From contig JBBSMQ010000001.1 of the NCBI GenBank assembly GCA_038233075.1, forward strand, positions 111,297 to 175,296: DNA of 64,000 nucleotides, in the 5' to 3' direction. The number at the start of each line of letters is the position of its first letter. The stretch's first letter is position 1. Shown in pieces: positions 51,214 to 60,046 of the stretch. The position numbers were made by a program, and so were the translations under genes. The notes beneath the pieces were generated by a model. It was given only the letters and a program-made list of their open reading frames with translations. It was not told the origin of the DNA and did no database searches. This stretch comes from Acidimicrobiales bacterium. GTDB lineage: Bacteria; Actinomycetota; Acidimicrobiia; Acidimicrobiales; Iamiaceae.

Positions 51214-52074
51214 TCAGCCCGCGACGCTGGTGCCGTACTGCGCGCCCATGTAGGCGTAGGCCACCACGGCGAAGCCGAGGCCGAGGGCGAGGGTGAGCCC
51301 GGCGGAGACGAGGTCCCCCTTGGGGCCCAGGCGTCGGGCCCCCTCGGTGAGCAGCAGGCCGGCCAGGCCCCCACCGATGAGGCCCCCGATGTGGCCGCCG
51401 ATGGAGATGCCGGGCACGGCGAAGGTGATGAGCAGGTTGATCACCAACACGGTGACCAGGCCCGAGCGGCGCAGGTCGATGTTGCGCTCTCGGGCCACCA
51501 GGAACGCTCCGCCCATGAGACCGAAAATGGCCCCCGAGGCCCCGACGGTGAGAGCACGCGGGTCGACGAGCACCACGCCAAGCGACCCGGCGAACAGGGC
51601 ACAGACGTACAGGGCCAGGAAGCGGAAGCGACCGAGGGCGGGCTCCATGAACTTGCCCAGCACCCACAGGACCCACATGTTGAAGCCGAGGTGGAGCAGG
51701 CCGCCGTGCAGGAAGCCGCTGGTGAGCAGGCGATAGGGCTCGATGGGGACCCGGGGGCCGAAGAGGCCGCCGTCGAGTACCAGGCTGCCGGAGCTGCCCT
51801 GCACCGCGTTGGCTCCGCCGACGATGAGGCCCACGACGAAGACGACGACGTTGATGCCGATCAGGATCTGGGTGGCCAGGGGCTGGGTGGCGATCGACGC
51901 CAGGCCCCGGTACTCCTTCTGGGCGCCGACCTTGGTGCACTCGGGGCAGTGGAACCCGACCGACGCCTGGTGCATGCACGAGGGGCAGATGGGCCGGTCG
52001 CAGCGCTGACAGACGATCCCGGCCACCCGGTCGGGGTGGCGGTAGCAGGTGCGGACGTCGGCCGGCGCGGTCAC
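51214..52074 (-). CDS. Rhomboid family intramembrane serine protease with N-terminal zinc ribbon
   Basis: CYRHPDRVAGIVCQRCDRPICPSC...HCPEC. Rhomboid motifs HGGLLHLGFNM, GASGAIFG and HIGG. Confidence 0.9.
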   Translation of the reverse strand: MTAPADVRTCYRHPDRVAGIVCQRCDRPICPSCMHQASVGFHCPECTKVGAQKEYRGLASIATQPLATQILIGINVVVFVVGLIVGGANAVQGSSGSLVLDGGLFGPRVPIEPYRLLTSGFLHGGLLHLGFNMWVLWVLGKFMEPALGRFRFLALYVCALFAGSLGVVLVDPRALTVGASGAIFGLMGGAFLVARERNIDLRRSGLVTVLVINLLITFAVPGISIGGHIGGLIGGGLAGLLLTEGARRLGPKGDLVSAGLTLALGLGFAVVAYAYMGAQYGTSVAG

Positions 52075-52107
52075 AGTGGAGCGATCCTACCGGCGGACCA
52101 GGCCCTC

Positions 52108-52290
52108 CCGGGGGGCGGGTGGGCTGCTCGCCGCCCCATGACGATCGCCGTCCCTGCGGGCGAGGGCCTGCTCAGCGGCCGGTGAACGATCGCCGCCCCG
52201 CAGGGGCGGGTGGCCTGCTCGCCGCCCGGTGACGATCGCCGTCCCCCGCGGGGCGGGGGCCTGCTCAGCGCCCGGTGAAGGTGGCCTTGC
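52108..52290. repeat. Tandem array of about 44-47-bp units (4 copies), seeded from the 3' end of the crotonase gene
   Basis: The CTGCTC anchor recurs at 52124, 52168, 52215 and 52261, and GATCGCC at 52143, 52188 and 52233. The units resemble GGGGCGGGTGG(G/C)CTGCTC(G/A)(C/G)CG(C/G)CC(..)TGA(C/A)GATCGCCG(T/C)CCC. The last copy contains the crotonase stop codon and final codons. Confidence 0.85.
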
Positions 52291-53047
52291 CGGGGCCGTG
52301 CTGGCGGAAGGACTCGACCCCGATGCGGGCGTCGTCGGTGGCGAAGACCTGGGCGAAGAGCTCCTGCTCGAGATCGATGCCCGCGCCCAGTCCCACGTCG
52401 AGGCCCCGGTCGATGGCCCGCTTGGCCAGGCCCTGGGCCACAACCGCGCCGACAGCCAGCTCGGCGGCCCAGGCCAGAGCGGCGTCCTGCACCTCGTCGG
52501 CGGGGACGACCCGGTCCACCAGCCCGATCCGGAGAGCCTCCTCGGAGTCGACCGGCCGTCCCGAGAAGATCATGTCCTTGGCCGGGGACGGGCCGACCAG
52601 CCGGGCCAGGCGCTGGGTGCCGCCGCCGCCGGGGATGACGCCGAGGGCGATCTCGGGCTGGCCCAGTCGAGACCGGTCCGACGCCATGCGCAGGTCGCAG
52701 GCCAGGGCCAGCTCGCACCCCCCGCCCAGCGCCACGCCGCTGATCGCGGCGATGACGACCCGGGGGATGGCAGCCACCGCGCCCAGCGCCTGGGCGAAGG
52801 CGTCGCCGACCACCCGGGCCTCGTCGGCCCCCCCGAACTCGGCGATGTCGGCCCCGGCGGCGAAGACCCGCTCACCTCCGGTGACCACCACCGCTCCCGG
52901 CGGCTCGGCGGTCAGGGCCTTGGCCGCGCCCTCGACCTGACGCAGCACCTCGGTCGACAGGGCGTTGACCTTGCCGTTGTCGATGCGGAGGACCGCGACG
53001 CCGTCGTCCCGGCGGGTGATCGAGACCAGCGGAGCGGGTTCGTCCAT
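52265..53047 (-). CDS. Enoyl-CoA hydratase/isomerase (crotonase) family protein
   Basis: 260 aa containing GKVNALS, VVVTGGERVFAAGADI and GVALGGGCELALACD (oxyanion hole). Confidence 0.9.
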   Translation of the reverse strand: MDEPAPLVSITRRDDGVAVLRIDNGKVNALSTEVLRQVEGAAKALTAEPPGAVVVTGGERVFAAGADIAEFGGADEARVVGDAFAQALGAVAAIPRVVIAAISGVALGGGCELALACDLRMASDRSRLGQPEIALGVIPGGGGTQRLARLVGPSPAKDMIFSGRPVDSEEALRIGLVDRVVPADEVQDAALAWAAELAVGAVVAQGLAKRAIDRGLDVGLGAGIDLEQELFAQVFATDDARIGVESFRQHGPGKATFTGR

Positions 53048-53098
53048 GAGGGTGACCCTAGAGGGCGAGGCCCGGGGCAGGCCCGGTGCGACGACCGG

Positions 53099-53353
53099 TC
53101 AGAGGCTGACGGCGGTCTCGGTGTCGAGGCCCACCGCCTCGACCGCGGTGACCCCGGGGACCCGGTCCTTCAGAATCCGCTCCACACCGGCCTTGAGGGT
53201 CACGGTGGAGGCGGGACAGCTCACGCAGGCACCGGTGAGCTCGACCTCGACCACACCCGTGTCGGCGTCGAAGCCGCGCAGGAAGATGTCGCCGCCGTCG
53301 GCCTGGATGGCCGGGCGGATGGCCTCGATGGTCGTCTCCAGCTTCTCGTGCAC
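53099..53353 (-). CDS. NifU-like (Nfu) Fe-S cluster assembly protein
   Basis: 84 aa containing IRPAIQADGGDI...ELTGACVSCPASTVTLKAGVE, the CxxC NifU C-terminal domain. GTG start. Confidence 0.85.
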   Translation of the reverse strand: MHEKLETTIEAIRPAIQADGGDIFLRGFDADTGVVEVELTGACVSCPASTVTLKAGVERILKDRVPGVTAVEAVGLDTETAVSL

Positions 53354-53427
53354 GGTGTCGCTCGCGGTCAGCGGTCAGAAGGACGCTTAGTCTCCCATGG
53401 CCGGACGGGGCATCCACCACCCGGCAG

Positions 53428-54888
53428 GTGGGGGCAACAGCGCCGGTCGGGGCGCTGTTCCCCGCTCGGCGGTGCCCGGGGTCACACGCATCGGGCGCGA
53501 CCCGAGATGCAGCCCGGCGCGTCCCTACCATCGGCCCGGTGCCCGCCCTCGTCCTCGCCCACGGATCGGTCAGCCTGGCCGGCGACGGCGTGCCCGGGCC
53601 GGTGCTCTACGCCGCGGTGGCCGCCCTCGCGGTGCTCGCGGTGACCGCGCTGCGGGCCCGGGGCGCCAGCCCGGTGGGCGGACCGGCCGTGGCCGCCCTG
53701 ACCATCGACGGCGCCGAGGCGGGGCCCTGGCCCGGCGACTCCCTCTCCCCGCCGATGCGCCGAGTCGGTCAGGCCGCGGGGCTGGGCGCGCTGACCGCCT
53801 TCCTGGCCGTGGGCTGGCTGGGCTCCGACCTGGTCGGGCTCAACCCTCTGCCCCTCGCCCTGCGGCTGGTCTGGTGGACGGTGCCCCTCCTGGCCTGGAC
53901 CCTCGGGGATTGGTGGCGCATCGTCGACCCCCACGATGCCCTCGCCGGGCTGGTCGATCGGGTCCGGGGCCGGCCCGACCCGGGACCGGCGGGCGTGGCG
54001 GTCGACCACGAGGCCGGGGACTGGTGGCTGCCGGCGCTGCTGCTGGGCACCTTCGCCTGGATGGCGACCTGCTGGCTCGAGGGCCTACGGCCCCGCCACC
54101 TCGCCGCGTGGCTGACCCTCCTGAGTGCGTTCCTCCTGGTCGGCGCAGTCGTCGCGGGCCGAGCCTGGGTGCGGCGCACATCGCCACTGGCCGTGCTGTG
54201 CAGCACCATGGCCGCGGCCTCGCCGGTGTCGTGGGTCGGCGGGCGCGTCGGCCTGCGCTCGCCGCTGCGGGGCCTGGCCCAGCGAGCCGGGGGGCGCCGG
54301 TCCCTGGCCGCGCTCAGCGTCGTGCTCGGCGCCACCTTCTGGGAGGCCGTCTCGGGCACCCAGTGGTGGTCGGACCTCTCCGGCGGCAGCAGCGACCGGG
54401 CCCTGGTGTGGTCGACGCTCGGCCTGATCTGGTGCATCCTGATGGTGGTCGGGGCGTGGCTGCTGGTGGGCCGGGCGGCCGAGGAGGTCGCCGGTCGCAC
54501 CGCGGGAGCCGAGGCGGATGAGCCCCTCGGTCCGGATCTGGCCGTCGCCCTCGGACCGCTGGTCGCGGTGGGCGTGTTCGCCCACCAGCTGACCACCTGG
54601 CTCGTCGACGTGCAGGACCTGGCCGTCCTCGGGCTCGACCCCCTCAGCCGAGGGTGGGACCTGCTCGGCCGCGCGAGCGTGCGGGCCAACGAGGAGCTCC
54701 TCGCCCCCGGGGTGGTCTCGTGGATCCAGATCGCGCTGCTGGGCCTGGCCCTGGGCGTGGGCCTGGTGGCCGGCTGGGATCGCCTGGCCTCCCGCACCGG
54801 GCCGGCGGTGGCGAGCACCGGTTGGGTCATGGCGGCCTGGACCGGGGGGATCGGGGCCCTGGCCCTCTGGCTCCTGCTCGGCGCGTGA
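53428..54888 (+). CDS. Integral membrane protein, unknown function
   Basis: Polytopic ORF with good coding character. An alternative in-frame GTG at 53539 gives the N-terminus VPALVLAHGSVSL. Confidence 0.65.
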   Translation: MGATAPVGALFPARRCPGSHASGATRDAARRVPTIGPVPALVLAHGSVSLAGDGVPGPVLYAAVAALAVLAVTALRARGASPVGGPAVAALTIDGAEAGPWPGDSLSPPMRRVGQAAGLGALTAFLAVGWLGSDLVGLNPLPLALRLVWWTVPLLAWTLGDWWRIVDPHDALAGLVDRVRGRPDPGPAGVAVDHEAGDWWLPALLLGTFAWMATCWLEGLRPRHLAAWLTLLSAFLLVGAVVAGRAWVRRTSPLAVLCSTMAAASPVSWVGGRVGLRSPLRGLAQRAGGRRSLAALSVVLGATFWEAVSGTQWWSDLSGGSSDRALVWSTLGLIWCILMVVGAWLLVGRAAEEVAGRTAGAEADEPLGPDLAVALGPLVAVGVFAHQLTTWLVDVQDLAVLGLDPLSRGWDLLGRASVRANEELLAPGVVSWIQIALLGLALGVGLVAGWDRLASRTGPAVASTGWVMAAWTGGIGALALWLLLGA

Positions 54889-55154
54889 CGGATGTGGCCC
54901 TGGTCCTGGCCCATCAGGGCGGCTGGGACGAGGTGCTGCTCATCCTCACCCCGATCGTCATCTTCGCGGCGCTGCTCGGGCTCGCGAACCGGCGCGCCAA
55001 CGCCGAGGTCCGCCGCCGCGGTCACCCGCAGGGGGCCGCCGGCGATGGGATCGACGCCGCCGACGGGACCACCGGCACCGGGCCCGCGGGCGCGGCTGAC
55101 GACGGCGCCCCCGACGACGGGCCCGAACGAAGACCTGCGCCCGAGGATCCCTGA
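54885..55154 (+). CDS. Small membrane protein, translationally coupled (GTGA) to the preceding gene
   Basis: GTG at 54885 overlaps the upstream stop. VTDVALVLAHQGGWDEVLLILTPIVIFAALLGLANRRANAE..., with one TM and then a Gly/Asp/Ala-rich tail. Confidence 0.45.
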   Translation: MTDVALVLAHQGGWDEVLLILTPIVIFAALLGLANRRANAEVRRRGHPQGAAGDGIDAADGTTGTGPAGAADDGAPDDGPERRPAPEDP

Positions 55155-55260
55155 CGGCGCGCGGTTGCCCACCTCGTCGGAAACAGCACCCCTGAGAGTC
55201 GCTGAGCGTCCGTCAGGACTGCGGTTTGTCGCCCACCCGGCACCCCGGGCTGCGAGGACC

Positions 55261-56508
55261 TCACTCGGAACGGACGTCGGCGCCCACCGCGGTGAGCTTG
55301 TCCACGAAGCGGTCGTAGCCCCGGGCCACATGCTCGGCGTCGGAGACGACGGTCTCGCCCTCGGCGCCGAGGGCGGCCACGACCAAGGCGGCGCCGGCCC
55401 GGATGTCGTGGGCCTTCACCGGGGCAGCGGACAGCCGCTCCACGCCTCGGATGAGGGCGTAGTGGTGCTCGACGCGGATGTCGGCGCCCATGCGGATCAG
55501 CTCGTCGACGTAGCGGAAGCGACCTCCGAAGATGTTCTCGGTGGCGATGGCAGCGCCGTCGGCCACCGACAGGGCCGCGACCATCAGGGGCATGTAGTCG
55601 GTGGCCACCCCCGGGTACGGCAGGCTGTTGATGTCCACGGCCCGGAGCCGCCCCGGCGCCGACGCCCACACCCCGTCGGGGTGGGCTGAGCTGCGCAGCC
55701 CCATGTCGCCCAGCTTCTGCATGAGCATGTCCATGTGCTGGGGACGGGCATCGAGCAGGATCAGCTCCCCGCCGGTGACCGCCAGGGCGGTGAGGAAGGT
55801 GGCCGCCTCGAGGCGGTCGGGGATGACCTCGTGGTCCACCGGGTGCAACGAGGTCACGCCCTCGATGGTCAGGGTGCTGCTGCCCGCGCCCAGGATGTTG
55901 GCGCCCATGCGGTTCAGGAAGGCGGCCAGGTCGGCCAGCTCGGGCTCCTTGGCCGCGTTCTCGATGACCGTGGTGCCCTCGGCCAGCACCGCGGCCATGA
56001 GGGCGTTCTCGGTGGCGCCCACGCTGGGGAACTCCAGGACGATGCGGGCCCCCTGCAGCCGCCCGGCCCGAGCCTCGATGTAGCCGTGCTCGGTGCGGAG
56101 CTCGACGCCGAGGCGGCGCAGGGCACCGAGGTGCCAGTCGACGGGCCGCTGGCCGAAGTCGTCGCCACCGGGCATGGACACCTTGGCCCGACCGAGACGG
56201 GCCACCAGCGGGCCGAGGACCACGATCGAGGCCCGCATGGCCTCGACCAGGGCGTAGGGGGCCTCGGGGACGGTGTCGGCCGGGGTGTCGACAGCAAGGA
56301 TCCCCTCGGCGTAGGACACCTCTGAGCCCATGGCCCGCAGCAGGTCGGCCATGAGCCGCACGTCGGTGATGTCGGGCACGTTGCGGATGGTGAAGCGGCC
56401 CTCGCACAGCAGCGTGGCCGCCATCAGCTTCAGGACGGAGTTCTTGGCCCCGGACAGGGCCACCTGGCCCTCGAGGGGCCTGCCCCCGCACACCACGATC
56501 CGCTCCAC
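55261..56508 (-). CDS. murA: UDP-N-acetylglucosamine 1-carboxyvinyltransferase
   Basis: Trimmed to the GTG at 56508. VERIVVCGGRPLEGQVALSGAKNSVLKLM aligns with the MurA N-terminus. The active-site loop reads PGGDDFGQRPVD. Confidence 0.95.
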   Translation of the reverse strand: MERIVVCGGRPLEGQVALSGAKNSVLKLMAATLLCEGRFTIRNVPDITDVRLMADLLRAMGSEVSYAEGILAVDTPADTVPEAPYALVEAMRASIVVLGPLVARLGRAKVSMPGGDDFGQRPVDWHLGALRRLGVELRTEHGYIEARAGRLQGARIVLEFPSVGATENALMAAVLAEGTTVIENAAKEPELADLAAFLNRMGANILGAGSSTLTIEGVTSLHPVDHEVIPDRLEAATFLTALAVTGGELILLDARPQHMDMLMQKLGDMGLRSSAHPDGVWASAPGRLRAVDINSLPYPGVATDYMPLMVAALSVADGAAIATENIFGGRFRYVDELIRMGADIRVEHHYALIRGVERLSAAPVKAHDIRAGAALVVAALGAEGETVVSDAEHVARGYDRFVDKLTAVGADVRSE

Positions 56509-56814
56509 CGGCCCAGCATGCCAGGCGCCCCCGGCCGGCCGGCCCGTCCGAGGCCCCAGCACGGTGAACGCCCCGGTCAACGCGGCGGATCAGAGGGGGG
56601 CGGGCAGATCGTCGACCGCATCCTGGAGCTGCCTGAGGGCACCCGCTTCAGGTGCTGGCCCCGGTGTGACGGTGTCGAAGGCGAGGGAGGACGTGCCCGA
56701 CCCCGACCGGCCGGAGACCCCGATGCGGCCGTGGACAACGATGCCCGGATCGGCGGTTCGGCGACCCGGCCGGTCCGGTCCGACTCGTTCGGCGATGGCC
56801 GGCGGGGCTGGTCG

Positions 56815-58509
56815 ATGGACGATCATCGGGCCGTGCCCCGGGTGACCCAGACCGTCGTCGTGGACGCTGGCACCGCCGAGGACCTCCTCGGCGCCCGCCA
56901 CGACCTCCTGGACGAGCGGGCGTGGAGCGACGAGGACGAGGCGGCCTGGGACGGCGACGACCCCGACGGCGAACTCGAGGCCGACGGCGACATCGGCATC
57001 GCCGCTGACGAGGACGCCGACGTCCGCACCGCCACCTTCGCCCTGGCCCGGGGCCCGATGACCATCTACCGGCGCGACGTGCGGGCCGCCCCGGTCGACG
57101 ACGGTCGGATCGAGGTGACCGAGACGACCCGGTTCCGCTCCGCCCTCGGCCCCTGGGGTGCCGTCGTCGCCTTCCCGGTGTCCCGGGCCCTACGCCGTAC
57201 CTCCGGACGCACCCGGCCCCGCAGCCCCTTCTGGGCCCCGCCCGAAGCGCTCGACACCAGATCCGGCACCGTCCTCGGGCTGCTGCTCACCCTGGCCCTC
57301 GTCGCCGGCTACCTGGGCACTGTGATGACCCAGACCATCACGTTCGCGGCCGACGAGTTCGGGCGCGGCACCACCGCCCAGGGCGGGGCCCTGGCCGCAG
57401 TGCGGATCGGCACCCTGGGCAGCCTGGTGCTGGTGGCCATGGCCGACCGCCAGGGCCGGCGCAAGCTGCTGCTCGCGTCCCTGACCGCCGCCATCCTGGC
57501 CACGGTGCTGGGCGCCTTCTCCCCCACCCTCGAGGTGCTCGGGGTCAGCCAGACCCTGGCCCGGGGCTTCACCACCGCCGTCACCCTCCTGCTGGCCGTC
57601 GTGGCCGCGGAGGAGATGCCCGCCGGGGCCCGGGCCTACGCCATCAGCGTCATGACCATGACCGGCGCGCTGGGGGCGGGCATGGCCATCTGGGCCCTCC
57701 CCCTGGCCGACGTGGGCGAGCAGGGGTGGCGGATCCTGTACGTGCTGCCGCTGCTGGGCCTGCCCGTCGTGGCCCGGGTCCGCCGCACGCTGCCCGAGAG
57801 CCTGCGCTTCGTGCGTTCCCACCGCTCGGCGACGGTGCTGCGGGGCCACGTCGGCCGCCTGGCCGCCATCGGGGGAGCGATGTTCTGCGCGGCGGCGTTC
57901 GGCGCGCCCAGCAGCCAGCTGCTCAACGACTTCCTCCGTGACGAGCGGGGGTTCTCGGCCGCTCGCATCTCGCTGTTCACCATCCTCACCAGCACCCCCG
58001 CCGGCATCGCCCTGGTGGCCGGAGGTCGCCTGGCCGACACGCGCGGCCGGCGTCACGTCGTGGCGGTGGGCGTGGCCGGCGGGGCGCTGCTGGCGGCCTG
58101 GGGCTTCACCGCCCACGGCTGGCCCCTGTGGGCTGCCAACCTCGGTGGCACCATGCTCGGGGCCCTGGCCGTGCCCGCCCTCGGCGCCTACGGGCCCGAG
58201 CTGTTCCCCACCGCGGCGCGCGGCAAGGCCAACGGAGTCCTGCAGCTGCTGTCGGTGGCCGGTAGCGCCCTCGGCCTCGTCGTGGCCGGCATCGCCAAGG
58301 ACCGCTGGGGCCAGCTCTCCGACGGGATCTTCCTGCTGCTGCCGCTGGGGCTCCTCGTCGCGGTGCTGGCCCTGACCGTTTTCCCGGAGACGGCCCGACG
58401 GGAGCTGGAGGACATCAACCCCGAAGACGACGTTCCTGGTGCCCCGGGTTCGCTCGGAGGGGCCGCGGCGGTGCCGCCCGCCGGGATCCCGCCCCCCGGA
58501 CTCACCTAG
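56815..58509 (+). CDS. MFS transporter with an N-terminal cytoplasmic extension of about 150 aa
   Basis: Frame of track ORF 56518..58509. ATG at 56815 (MDDHRAVPRV...). Motif A-like MADRQGRRKLLLASL and GGRLADTRGRRHVV. 12 predicted TMs. Confidence 0.75.
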   Translation: MDDHRAVPRVTQTVVVDAGTAEDLLGARHDLLDERAWSDEDEAAWDGDDPDGELEADGDIGIAADEDADVRTATFALARGPMTIYRRDVRAAPVDDGRIEVTETTRFRSALGPWGAVVAFPVSRALRRTSGRTRPRSPFWAPPEALDTRSGTVLGLLLTLALVAGYLGTVMTQTITFAADEFGRGTTAQGGALAAVRIGTLGSLVLVAMADRQGRRKLLLASLTAAILATVLGAFSPTLEVLGVSQTLARGFTTAVTLLLAVVAAEEMPAGARAYAISVMTMTGALGAGMAIWALPLADVGEQGWRILYVLPLLGLPVVARVRRTLPESLRFVRSHRSATVLRGHVGRLAAIGGAMFCAAAFGAPSSQLLNDFLRDERGFSAARISLFTILTSTPAGIALVAGGRLADTRGRRHVVAVGVAGGALLAAWGFTAHGWPLWAANLGGTMLGALAVPALGAYGPELFPTAARGKANGVLQLLSVAGSALGLVVAGIAKDRWGQLSDGIFLLLPLGLLVAVLALTVFPETARRELEDINPEDDVPGAPGSLGGAAAVPPAGIPPPGLT

Positions 58510-58520
58510 CATCCGCAACC

Positions 58521-59531
58521 GTGAGATGGCCCGAGCCCACCCGCAAGCGCCTCCTGCTGGCCGGGGGCGGGCTGGCCGCCGTCGTGCTGGTGGTGGCCAG
58601 CGCCTTCTCGTGCACTCGCACCGAGCCGGAGCTGGGCCCCGCCGCCTTCCGGCCCACCACCACGATCACCACCACGCTCGCACCGACCAGCACCGAACCC
58701 GGCGCCACCGCACCGACCAGCACCGAACCCGGCGCCACCGCGCCGACCACGGCCGCCCCCACCACCGCACCGACCAGCACCGAACCCGGCGCCACCGCGC
58801 CGACCACGGCCGCCCCCACCACCGCGCCGGCGACGGCCACCACCGAAGGGGCAGGCGGGGTGGGCGGGACCGGCGACACCCGCCCGTCGAGCGGTCCCGA
58901 GGGTCCCGGCGGCCTCAGCGCCCTCCCGGCCCGCACCAGCGAGGTGGCCACGGTCAGGGTCGGCATCGACGAGGTCTCCCTCCACGACGGGCCCACCGGT
59001 GGCCCGACCGGCGCCCTGGCCGCCACCGGCGACTACGGGCAGCGCCAGGTCTTCCTGGTGGTGGGCCGTGAGGGCGGGCGACTGCACGTCCTGCTCCCCA
59101 CCCGTCCCAACGGCTCCAAGGCCTGGATCGACGCGAGCGACGTCGACGTCACGACTCACGACTATCAGATCCAGGTGTCGATCTCGGAGTACCGGCTCAT
59201 GGCCCAGAAGGGCACCGAGGTGGTGGTGGACACGCCGATCGGCGTCGGCACCCAGGACACGCCCACGGTCGGCGGCGAGTTCTACACCTGGGTCCTGATC
59301 GACCCGACCAACAGCGGCTACGGCTCCTACGCCTACGGCCTGTCGGGGTTCTCGACCCTGGAGCAGTTCAACGGCGGCGACGGCCGCATGGGCGTCCACG
59401 GCACCACCGACGACTCCTCCATCGGCCGCAGCGTCAGCCACGGCTGCATCCGGGTCCCCGACGACGTCGTGGTCGACATGGTCGAGCAGCTCGGCCTCCC
59501 CCTCGGCGTCCCCGTCACCGTCTACGCCTGA
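58521..59531 (+). CDS. L,D-transpeptidase (YkuD domain) with repetitive Pro/Thr/Ala linker
   Basis: N-terminal TM, a PTA-rich repeat linker, and a catalytic domain with HGT...SHGCIRV. Confidence 0.9.
   Translation: MRWPEPTRKRLLLAGGGLAAVVLVVASAFSCTRTEPELGPAAFRPTTTITTTLAPTSTEPGATAPTSTEPGATAPTTAAPTTAPTSTEPGATAPTTAAPTTAPATATTEGAGGVGGTGDTRPSSGPEGPGGLSALPARTSEVATVRVGIDEVSLHDGPTGGPTGALAATGDYGQRQVFLVVGREGGRLHVLLPTRPNGSKAWIDASDVDVTTHDYQIQVSISEYRLMAQKGTEVVVDTPIGVGTQDTPTVGGEFYTWVLIDPTNSGYGSYAYGLSGFSTLEQFNGGDGRMGVHGTTDDSSIGRSVSHGCIRVPDDVVVDMVEQLGLPLGVPVTVYA
58681..58824 (+). repeat. Perfect in-frame tandem repeats inside the L,D-transpeptidase linker (pattern X-X-Y-X-Y)
   Basis: X is the 30 nt CACCGACCAGCACCGAACCCGGCGCCACCG, at 58681, 58711 and 58768. 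Y is the 27 nt CGCCGACCACGGCCGCCCCCACCACCG, at 58741 and 58798. All copies are identical. Confidence 0.9.
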
Positions 59532-59652
59532 CGCCTCGCCTCCACCGGTTCACCCGGTCGACGGATGGGCGGACCTCGGACGTGCAGAAGCCTGGCGCGA
59601 GCGCGCTGTCGCCAGCTCGTCAGGAAGCCCCTGGAGTCGCAGTGTCCAGGCC

Positions 59653-59934
59653 CTACTCCTCGCCATCGGGGTCGCCGTATACCGGAGGCAACGTCCGCAC
59701 TTCCCCGCCTTCGACGACGAACTCGAGGAACACCTCCCAACCCGCGTCTTCCCACTTGTCGCGAGAAACGGTGAACTGGAGATCGTCCACAACGATCTTG
59801 CCTCGTGCTGTCCTGGGTGGCGAGAGCAGCGTGCTCCAGGCGCAATGCGCGAGCCCATCGACCTGGGCAATCGCAGCGATGAGGCCATTCGGTCTGTCCC
59901 TGGCCGCATGGCCGCCCCCGTGGTTCCGCAGCAA
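59653..59934 (-). CDS. Orphan ORF in a low-GC islet (TTG start, atypical codon usage); doubtful gene or remnant
   Basis: 93 codons ending ...GKIVVDDLQFTVSRDKWEDAGWEVFLEFVVEGGEVRTLPPVYGDPDGEE. It uses many A/T-ending codons, unlike its neighbours. No recognisable family. Confidence 0.3.
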   Translation of the reverse strand: MLRNHGGGHAARDRPNGLIAAIAQVDGLAHCAWSTLLSPPRTARGKIVVDDLQFTVSRDKWEDAGWEVFLEFVVEGGEVRTLPPVYGDPDGEE

Positions 59935-60046
59935 CCCGCACCGGAGGGGTCGACCGCACTGTGTGACAAGTGTCTTATGGTTCGGGGGTTCCCGTCAAGC
60001 AGCCCATTCGCTCGCTCCGGCACCGGCTCATCCCTCCATCCGCAGG

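Noticed and set aside
52108-52290. Tandem arrays at 52108-52290 and 58681-58824, considered as possible CRISPR arrays.
   Set aside because: The units abut each other with no unique spacers. One array is inside a coding linker and the other is derived from a gene 3' end. No cas genes are present in the window.
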